From contig CBDCGL010000011.1 in NCBI GenBank assembly GCA_965216755.1, positions 3,680,001 through 3,744,000 on the forward strand: 64,000 nt of DNA. The letters run 5' to 3'. The translations under genes and the position numbers were made by a program. Shown one piece after another: positions 56,855 through 64,000 of the stretch (its first letter is position 1; each line of letters begins with the position of its first letter). Source of the stretch: Alphaproteobacteria bacterium (GTDB taxonomy: Bacteria > Pseudomonadota > Alphaproteobacteria > UBA7887). The notes below the pieces were generated by a model. It had not been told where the DNA came from. It saw only the letters and a program-made list of their open reading frames with translations, and ran no database searches.

Positions 56855-57050
56855 AACACTTCCAGAAAATATGAAGCCATTCTGCCGGACCAGTTTTGCG
56901 TTGAGGTCAAGTCGCTGTCCGCCGGACATATTGGACACACGGCCAAGGACAGCGGCGCGGAGTGTGGCACAAGGGCGCCCGGCCCATCGGTTGGTTCGCC
57001 GCGCCAAACCGCAAACAGAATTGACTTCATTTTGCTCGAGAGTGGGCTAG
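56851..57050. mobile_element. 200-bp MITE-like palindromic element with about 35-bp imperfect terminal IRs (TTAG...CTAG)
   Basis: Left end TTAGAACACTTCCAGAAAATATGAAGCCATTCTG versus reverse-complemented right end CTAGCCCACTCTCGAGCAAAATGAAGTCAATTCTG; related to 21224-21273. Confidence 0.55.
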
Positions 57051-57065
57051 GGCCGGCTGCCGCTG

Positions 57066-58322
57066 ATGCAAGCGACGGGTCAAATAGCGATTCAGCCTTG
57101 GATGGCCGCCAAGGCGACACGCGCGGTGATGACGGCCCTGACCACGGATGGCACGCCGGCGCGCTTTGTTGGCGGCAGCGTGCGCGACGCTCTATTGGGG
57201 CGCCCTGTCAAAGACATTGACGTGGCGACGCCTTTGGCGCCGGGTGAGATCGTCGCCCGAATCGAGGGTGCCGGGTTAAAGGCGATTCCAACCGGACTCG
57301 CCCACGGCACGGTGACCGCGTTGTCGGGCCGGCAAAGTTTCGAGATTACGACCCTGCGCGAGGATGTCGAGACCTACGGTCGCCACGCCAAGGTCGCCTT
57401 CACCGATGATTGGGTCGCCGACGCCGCGCGGCGAGATTTCACGTTCAACGCTATGTTTGCCGATAGCGACGGCGTTCTTTACGACCCGTTTCAAGGCGCC
57501 ATCGACTTGTTTTCGGGGCGGGTGCGTTTCGTCGGCGACGCGCGCCAACGGATCGCCGAAGACGTGCTGCGCCTGCTGCGCTTTTTTCGATTTCACGCTC
57601 ATTACGGTACTGGTGCGCCGGATTCGGAGGGTTTGTCGGCATGCCAGGGTTTTGTCGACCGGATAGGTGATCTGTCCGGTGAGCGGTTGCGCGACGAACT
57701 TCTTCGCTTGCTTGGTGCCCGCGATCCGGTCCCGACGCTTTGCGACATGGCGGGAATTGGCGCACTTGCGCCCCTGTTTCCAGACGTGAAGGTCGACTTT
57801 GAGCGGGCGATGGATCGGCTTGCTGGCTTGGTCGCGATTGAGCAACGGCTCAATCACGTCGATTCGATTCGGCGGCTGGCGGCCCTGGCCCGTGACTCCG
57901 TGGGCGACGTCGTAAGTATCGCTGAGCGGCTGCGCCTGTCGAACGTCGATCGTGATCGATTGGCTGCCGTCGCGCGGCCGGCGACAGAGCCGCAACCCGG
58001 CCTGACCGCCCACCAAGTACGCGTGGCGATCTATCGCATGGGGCCGGATCTGTTTCGCGATTTGACCTTCACTGCCTGGGCTGCTGATCGTGACGATCAT
58101 GGCTATGGTCCACTGTTGGCGCGGGGACTGTCGTGGTTGCCGCCGGCGCTGCCAATTGCCGGTCGCGACATGCTCAGGCTTGGTCTTCGTCCCGGCCCCC
58201 ATGTGGGCCGGGTGCTCGGTGAATTGGAGCAGTGGTGGATTGACGGTGATTTCGTCGCCGACCACGATGCCCTGCTGGCGCGCGCCCGCGACCTATGCCG
58301 ATCGGGTGACGACGGTGGTTAG
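57066..58322 (+). CDS. cca: CCA tRNA nucleotidyltransferase
   Basis: [36 protein letters not shown]. Confidence 0.92.
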   Translation: MQATGQIAIQPWMAAKATRAVMTALTTDGTPARFVGGSVRDALLGRPVKDIDVATPLAPGEIVARIEGAGLKAIPTGLAHGTVTALSGRQSFEITTLREDVETYGRHAKVAFTDDWVADAARRDFTFNAMFADSDGVLYDPFQGAIDLFSGRVRFVGDARQRIAEDVLRLLRFFRFHAHYGTGAPDSEGLSACQGFVDRIGDLSGERLRDELLRLLGARDPVPTLCDMAGIGALAPLFPDVKVDFERAMDRLAGLVAIEQRLNHVDSIRRLAALARDSVGDVVSIAERLRLSNVDRDRLAAVARPATEPQPGLTAHQVRVAIYRMGPDLFRDLTFTAWAADRDDHGYGPLLARGLSWLPPALPIAGRDMLRLGLRPGPHVGRVLGELEQWWIDGDFVADHDALLARARDLCRSGDDGG

Positions 58323-59176
58323 GGCCAAGTTGCCATCGGTGGCATCGACATCAGAATGGCATCGGTATTGCCGCCGGTCTGGAGGCCGAATTTTGTGCCG
58401 CGGTCATAGAGCAAATTGAACTCCACATAACGGCCGCGTCGTGCCAACTGGTGCGCGCGCTGCTCTTCGGTCCAGCCGTCGTTGAAATGGCGCCGGACAA
58501 TGCGCGGATAGACATCCAGAAAGGCCAGACCGACATCGCGGGTGAAGGCGAAATCCTTGTTCCAGTCGTCTTTGAGATAGTCGTAAAAAATGCCGCCGAC
58601 GCCGCGTGCTTCGCCGCGATGGGGGAGATAGAAATACTCGTCGCACCATTTTTTGAAGCGCGGATAGTGTTCGGGGTTGTGTCGGTCGCACGCCGCACGC
58701 AGCGCGTCATGGAACGTCACGCGGTCGTCGTCGTCCGGACACATGGGGGTCAAATCGGCACCGCCGCCAAACCAGCTTTGCGTCGTAACAATATGGCGGG
58801 TGTTCATGTGTACGGCCGGAACCAGCGGCGAGCACATATGCGCGACCAGCGAAATGCCCGACGCCCAGAACGACGGATCCTTGTCGGCGCCGGGAATCTG
58901 CTGGCGGAACTCTTTAGAAAACGTGCCGTGGACCGTGGAAACGTTAACCCCCACCTTTTCGAACACGCGGCCATGCATGATCGCCATTTCACCGCCGCCG
59001 CCGTCAGGTCGTTGCCACGACGTACGCTCGAAGCGTCCGGGCGTGCGCGCCGCCATCGGACCGTCGCGCAGATCATCTTCTAGAGCCTCGAACGCGGCGC
59101 AGATTTGATCGCGCAGCTCGGCAAACCAGGTCCTGGCTTTTTCTTTGCGATGCGCGGTATTGGCTTGGTCATACAT
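58319..59176 (-). CDS. hemF: Oxygen-dependent coproporphyrinogen III oxidase
   Basis: [45 protein letters not shown]. Confidence 0.96.
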   Translation of the reverse strand: MYDQANTAHRKEKARTWFAELRDQICAAFEALEDDLRDGPMAARTPGRFERTSWQRPDGGGGEMAIMHGRVFEKVGVNVSTVHGTFSKEFRQQIPGADKDPSFWASGISLVAHMCSPLVPAVHMNTRHIVTTQSWFGGGADLTPMCPDDDDRVTFHDALRAACDRHNPEHYPRFKKWCDEYFYLPHRGEARGVGGIFYDYLKDDWNKDFAFTRDVGLAFLDVYPRIVRRHFNDGWTEEQRAHQLARRGRYVEFNLLYDRGTKFGLQTGGNTDAILMSMPPMATWP

Positions 59177-59194
59177 GGATGGCCGATTCCCGTT

Positions 59195-59671
59195 TCAGCA
59201 CTTGGCGGTGTTTGTCGCGGTGTCGCCGAACCAGCCGGTTTGGCGCAGCGCCTCGGAAAGCACGATCGCCGCGGCAACGGCGACATTGTGCGAACGCATG
59301 CCGGGCGCCGTGGGGATCGCAATGCGGTCGTCAACCGTGTCGTGAACAGTATCGGGCGCGCCCGCGCTTTCGCGACCCAACAATAGTGTATCCGTCGGTT
59401 GGAAGGCAAAGTCCGTGAAGGTGGTGACCGCGCGGGTCGTCAACAGGATCAGGCGCCCATCGGCGCGGCGGTCGAGAAACTGCCGCCACGACGGATGGCG
59501 GACCCAGGTGACGTGGTCGACATAGTCCATCGCGGCGCGTTTTAGCTTGCTGTCGTTGAGCACAAAACCGGCCGGTTCGATGATATCGACCGCGACCGCA
59601 AAACAAGCCGCAAGCCTGAATATGGCCCCTGTGTTACCGGCGATATCGGGTTGATAAAGTGCCAAACGCAT
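59195..59671 (-). CDS. trmL: tRNA (cytidine(34)-2'-O)-methyltransferase
   Basis: LYQPDIAGNTG..R, RAAMDY, LLGRESAG, RSHNVA. Confidence 0.92.
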   Translation of the reverse strand: MRLALYQPDIAGNTGAIFRLAACFAVAVDIIEPAGFVLNDSKLKRAAMDYVDHVTWVRHPSWRQFLDRRADGRLILLTTRAVTTFTDFAFQPTDTLLLGRESAGAPDTVHDTVDDRIAIPTAPGMRSHNVAVAAAIVLSEALRQTGWFGDTATNTAKC

Positions 59672-59851
59672 ATCTTTGCTGCCTGCCACGGCGCGCCGGG
59701 CACGCCAAACAGGGCGGCCAGGCGGGTGGTCTCGGAGAGCGGTTCGAACTGACAAAACCCACCCTAGACATTATTTGCGGTTTAGGGCAAAACACCGGCG
59801 TCCAACGCGGCCATGCGCGCCCTTTCACGGACCATTCAAGGACATATATCC

Positions 59852-60394
59852 ATGGCGAAAACGCCCGCTCCGACTGCCGGCGACACAATCACCGAGGGTG
59901 AAACGCGGCGCGACTTTCTATATGTCGCGACCGGAGCTGTCGGCACGGTCGGCACCGTCGCCACGATTTGGCCGTTGCTCCATCAGATGAACCCATCGGC
60001 CGAAGTTTTGGCGTTGGCCAGTATCGAGGTCGACTTGTCGGCGATCGAACCGGGGCAAGAGGTGACGGTCGAATGGCGTGGCAAACCGGTATTCATTCGC
60101 CATCGTACAGGTGATGAAATTGCCGAGGCGCGCGATGTCACGCTTGAGGAACTGCCCGATCCACAAGCCGATGAAGAGCGCGCGGAGCGTCCGGAATGGC
60201 TTATTCTGGTCGGCGTCTGTACGCATTTGGGCTGTGTGCCATTGGGCCAGCAGGGCGACTATGACGGGTGGTTTTGCCCCTGCCATGGCTCCCATTACGA
60301 CATTTCCGGCCGCATCCGCGAAGGGCCGGCGCCGACCAACTTGCCGGTGCCCGAGTATGTGTTTTTGGACGACTCGACGGTTCGCATCGGATGA
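59852..60394 (+). CDS. petA: Ubiquinol-cytochrome c reductase Rieske iron-sulfur subunit
   Basis: TRRDFL, CTHLGC, CPCHGS, GPAPTNL. Confidence 0.97.
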   Translation: MAKTPAPTAGDTITEGETRRDFLYVATGAVGTVGTVATIWPLLHQMNPSAEVLALASIEVDLSAIEPGQEVTVEWRGKPVFIRHRTGDEIAEARDVTLEELPDPQADEERAERPEWLILVGVCTHLGCVPLGQQGDYDGWFCPCHGSHYDISGRIREGPAPTNLPVPEYVFLDDSTVRIG

Positions 60395-60452
60395 CGCGCA
60401 GGACCGTTATCGGGGTCATGGTTACCGTATACCGGAATAGGGGCGGGGCGAC

Positions 60453-61688
60453 ATGAGCGACGTTTCAGCAGGCCGTCGGATCGTACAGTGGCTGGACTAT
60501 CGCCTGCCCATATTTACTTTCGCCAATCATTCGTTGGTTGAATACCCAACGCCGCGCAATTTGAGCTATTGGTGGAATTTCGGCTCGCTGGCCGGTATCG
60601 CCTTGGTCATTCAAATCGCGACCGGAATCGTTTTGGCGATGCACTATACCCCGCATGTCGATTACGCGTTCGACAGCGTTGAACACATCATGCGCGACGT
60701 GAACTTCGGTTGGCTGCTCCGTTACATTCACGCCAATGGCGGGTCGGCGTTTTTCGCGGTGGTCTACATTCACATTTTCCGCGGGCTCTATTACGGCTCC
60801 TACAAGAACCCGCGCGAAGTGCTGTGGTGGCTCGGTGTTTTCATCTTGATTGCCATGATGGCGACGGCCTTCATGGGCTATGTGCTGCCCTGGGGGCAGA
60901 TGAGTTTTTGGGCGGCCACAGTGATCACCAATCTGTTTTCCGCCGTGCCGTTGATCGGCGAATCGATCGTCACCTGGCTGTGGGGCGGATTCTCGGTCGG
61001 TAACGCAACGCTCAACCGGTTCTACTCACTGCATTACCTGTTGCCGTTCGTCATCGTCGCCTTGGTTTTCTTGCACCTGTGGGCGCTACATCGGTTTGGC
61101 TCAAACAACCCGTTGGGCATAGATACCAAAGGACCGCAGGACCAGATCCCGTTCCATCCCTACTACACGGTCAAAGATTTGTTTGGCATGGGCGTGTTTT
61201 TGATCGTGCTGTGCGCATTCGTGTTTTATGCGCCCAACTATCTCAGCCACCCAGACAACTACATTCCCGCCGATCCTCTGGTGACACCGGCGCATATCGT
61301 GCCTGAATGGTACTTCTTGCCGTTCTACGCGATCTTGCGTTCAGTACCCGACAAGTTGGGCGGCGTTGTGTTGATGTTTGCGTCGATCTTCGTGCTGTTT
61401 TTGCTGCCATGGCTCGATACGTCCAAGGTGCGCAGTGCCCGCTTCCGGCCGATTTACAAGCAAGTTTCGTGGCTGTTGGTGGTCGATGCGATCGTGCTGG
61501 GTTGGGCGGGCGCGCAGGCGGCCGAAGGCGTGCCGTTGTTGATCGGGCGCGCGGCAACCGCCTACTACTTCATACACTTTTTGATTTTGATGCCCCTGAT
61601 CGGCGTGTTGGAACGGCCACGGCCCTTGCCGACCAGCATCGCCGAGCCCGTCTTGGGCGGGCGAACCGACGCCGTGGAGAAAGCATGA
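60453..61688 (+). CDS. petB: Cytochrome b
   Basis: [29 protein letters not shown]. Confidence 0.98.
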   Translation: MSDVSAGRRIVQWLDYRLPIFTFANHSLVEYPTPRNLSYWWNFGSLAGIALVIQIATGIVLAMHYTPHVDYAFDSVEHIMRDVNFGWLLRYIHANGGSAFFAVVYIHIFRGLYYGSYKNPREVLWWLGVFILIAMMATAFMGYVLPWGQMSFWAATVITNLFSAVPLIGESIVTWLWGGFSVGNATLNRFYSLHYLLPFVIVALVFLHLWALHRFGSNNPLGIDTKGPQDQIPFHPYYTVKDLFGMGVFLIVLCAFVFYAPNYLSHPDNYIPADPLVTPAHIVPEWYFLPFYAILRSVPDKLGGVVLMFASIFVLFLLPWLDTSKVRSARFRPIYKQVSWLLVVDAIVLGWAGAQAAEGVPLLIGRAATAYYFIHFLILMPLIGVLERPRPLPTSIAEPVLGGRTDAVEKA

Positions 61689-62455
61689 TGGCGCATCGCT
61701 GGATCGCGGGCGGCGCGTTGATCGCCGCATGGCTGTTGGCTGCGACGCAGAGCATGGCGGCGACCGAGGCGGAAGCGCCGCCGGCCCATGATTGGTCGTT
61801 CGGCGGACTGTTCGGTAAATTCGATCGTGCGCAAGTACAGCGCGGGCTGCACGTTTATCAAGAGATGTGTTCCGGCTGTCACGGTCTAAAGCGGATCGCC
61901 TACCGCAACTTGGCCGAGATCGGCTACAACGAAGATCAGATTAAGGCCTACGCGGCCGAATTCACGGTTGAGGACGGCCCGAACGAAGAGGGCGACATGT
62001 TTGAACGGCCGGCGCGGCCGAGCGATTATTTCCCCTCACCTTATGCCAACAAAAAGGCCGCCGCATTCATGAACAGCGGCGCGGTGCCGCCGGATCTATC
62101 CCTGATAAACAAAGCGCGGCTCGGCGGTGCCGATTATGTCCGCGCCTTGCTGATGGGGTACGAGACCGACCCAGGGGATCACGAAGTCCAAGAGGGCTTG
62201 AACTACAACCCCTATTTCCCCGGTGGCGCGTTGGCCATGCCGCAGCCCCTCTATGGCGATGATGTTGAATATGCCGATGGAACGCCCGCGACGATCGAGC
62301 AGGAAGCTACCGACGTCGCGGCATTTCTGGAATGGGCGGCGGAGCCGAACCTGGAAGCTCGCAAGCAGATGGGTCTACGCGTGATGATTTTCCTGATCGT
62401 ACTGACCGCGCTGCTCTATGCCACCAAACGCAAAGTCTGGCGCGACGTGCATTGA
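61685..62455 (+). CDS. petC: Cytochrome c1
   Basis: [29 protein letters not shown]-terminal TM. ATG 61685 overlaps the petB stop. Confidence 0.96.
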   Translation: MMAHRWIAGGALIAAWLLAATQSMAATEAEAPPAHDWSFGGLFGKFDRAQVQRGLHVYQEMCSGCHGLKRIAYRNLAEIGYNEDQIKAYAAEFTVEDGPNEEGDMFERPARPSDYFPSPYANKKAAAFMNSGAVPPDLSLINKARLGGADYVRALLMGYETDPGDHEVQEGLNYNPYFPGGALAMPQPLYGDDVEYADGTPATIEQEATDVAAFLEWAAEPNLEARKQMGLRVMIFLIVLTALLYATKRKVWRDVH

Positions 62456-62472
62456 CGCAAACCGGGTCGGTG

Positions 62473-63354
62473 TTAAGGCGTCGGCTTCAACACGCGCCCG
62501 GCGATCGCGTCGAGTTTCGCCATCAAGGCGGGATCGCGCGCGTCCGGCGCCGTGACCAGCGCCGTGTCGAGCGCCGTTTGGCAACCATGGGGGCAGGGCG
62601 TCGGCGCATTGGCCAGCCGCGGCACGGTCGCCTTGACCAAGGCCCGCGCCTTATCCGCGTTGCTGAACAACACGTGTAGGATCGCGTCCACCGTGACGTT
62701 GTCATGGTCCGGATGCCAGCAATCGTAGTCCGTTACCATGGCCACGGTGGCGTAACAAATCTCGGCCTCGCGGGCGAGTTTGGCTTCCGGCATGTTGGTC
62801 ATGCCGATCACGTCGCAGCCCCAACCATGATAAAGCTCGGACTCGGCCAAAGTGGAGAATTGCGGCCCTTCCATGGCCAAATAGGTGCCGCCACGCACCA
62901 TGGCGATGTCACTGTCCGTGGCCGCCGCCGCCAGTTCATCGCCCAAACGGGCGCAGACGGGATGGGCCATCGACACATGGCCGACCAGCCCGGGGCCAAA
63001 GAAGCTCTTGTCGCGGGCAAAGGTCCGATCGATGAACTGGTCGACCAGCACGAACGTGCCCGGGGTCAATGCCTCCTTGAACGAGCCAACCGCGCTGACT
63101 GATAGGATTTGTGTGCAGCCGACCCGCTTCAGGGCATCGATGTTGGCGTGATAATTGATGTGGCTCGGCGACAATTTGTGGCCGCGACCATGGCGGGGCA
63201 CAAATACCACCTTTTGCCCGTCAAGGCGGCCGAACAAAAACGCATCGGACGGTGCACCGAACGGCGTCTCCACGTGGCGCCATTCGGTTTCCGTCAAACC
63301 CTCCAAATCATAAACGCCGCTGCCGCCGATGACGCCGACAACCGGTTCGCTCAT
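62473..63354 (-). CDS. mtnP: S-methyl-5'-thioadenosine phosphorylase
   Basis: IGGSG, PRHGRGH, EGPQFSTLAES, GMTNMPEAKLAREA, VTDYDCW. Confidence 0.93.
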   Translation of the reverse strand: MSEPVVGVIGGSGVYDLEGLTETEWRHVETPFGAPSDAFLFGRLDGQKVVFVPRHGRGHKLSPSHINYHANIDALKRVGCTQILSVSAVGSFKEALTPGTFVLVDQFIDRTFARDKSFFGPGLVGHVSMAHPVCARLGDELAAAATDSDIAMVRGGTYLAMEGPQFSTLAESELYHGWGCDVIGMTNMPEAKLAREAEICYATVAMVTDYDCWHPDHDNVTVDAILHVLFSNADKARALVKATVPRLANAPTPCPHGCQTALDTALVTAPDARDPALMAKLDAIAGRVLKPTP

Positions 63355-63376
63355 AATAGCCACGTTTCCGTTATTA

Positions 63377-63760
63377 TTACTCGATACCGAGCAGCTGGAC
63401 TTCGAACACCAGCGTTGAATGCGCTGGAATCAAGCCATTGCCGACACTGCGATCGCCATACGCCAATTCGGGCGGGATGGTCAACCGGCGTACGCCACCG
63501 ATCGCCATCCCGGCAACGCCACGATCCCAACCTTGAATAACTTCACCAGCGCCGAGTTGAAATGTGAATGGTTGGCCGCGGTCGAGCGAGCTGTCGAACT
63601 TGGTGCCGTCGGTTAGCCAGCCGGTATAGTGGACCGATACCTTATCGCCGGGGCTGGCAACCGCGCCGTCGCCCGTCTCGATATCTTCCATTTCAATCGA
63701 GGCGGCCATGGCCACCACCGGTACAATGAGCATCACCAATGTGATGAAGATCCGTCGCAT
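63377..63760 (-). CDS. FKBP-type peptidyl-prolyl cis-trans isomerase (secreted)
   Basis: [33 protein letters not shown]. Confidence 0.93.
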   Translation of the reverse strand: MRRIFITLVMLIVPVVAMAASIEMEDIETGDGAVASPGDKVSVHYTGWLTDGTKFDSSLDRGQPFTFQLGAGEVIQGWDRGVAGMAIGGVRRLTIPPELAYGDRSVGNGLIPAHSTLVFEVQLLGIE

Positions 63761-64000
63761 GCATTGTCTTCCTTGTTGTCCCGGGTTGGGGGTTGCCGAG
63801 GGCGCGCAGTGTTGCATCTGACGCCATCATCGTCCAGGTAGCGCCGTTCTTTGTCTCAATTGGCGCATAGCTCATCCGACATGGTCGGCCAGGAACGCCG
63901 TGGTCCGCGCGCCGTGCAAATATGTTCCTTGACAGCAAAGATCTATTGTCCGACTGCCGGGCCTCCCCGGCGTCCGCCATTGCGGCGCGCATCGACGCGT

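Overview
GC-rich chromosomal segment from an alphaproteobacterium (Rhodospirillales-like gene content and order: gcrA, moxR-DUF58-DUF4159, DUF1285-nudix-DUF6111-cca, hemF-trmL, petABC, mtnP). The right third (about 48.4-64 kb) is conserved housekeeping DNA. The left two thirds is accessory catabolic, transport and signalling DNA: two TRAP systems, an osmoprotectant-type ABC system, a molybdopterin large subunit, and acyl-CoA dehydrogenase/CoA-transferase genes. It also carries an H-NOX gene with a HNOBA-GGDEF-EAL partner, an orphan encapsulin-type ferritin, an orphan NosR/NirI-ApbE pair, and a DcmR-like regulator opposite a DcaP porin. I saw no tRNA, rRNA, CRISPR array or transposase. The most notable unexplained structures are: (1) two REPIN-like GGTGACAGTTTACTAA inverted-repeat elements with unique spacers and stuttered ends; (2) a second palindromic TTAG/CTAG-bounded repeat family that supplies stop codons; (3) a five-gene operon of two secreted hydrolase paralogs, an orphan solute-binding protein, a redoxin and a Cache-HAMP nucleotide cyclase; (4) a GTCAC-N6-GTGAC operator array and a four-hairpin CCUC-rich sRNA candidate flanking the porin; (5) an unannotated 31-aa membrane peptide gene. 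All family calls come from motif recognition by eye; no database search was run.
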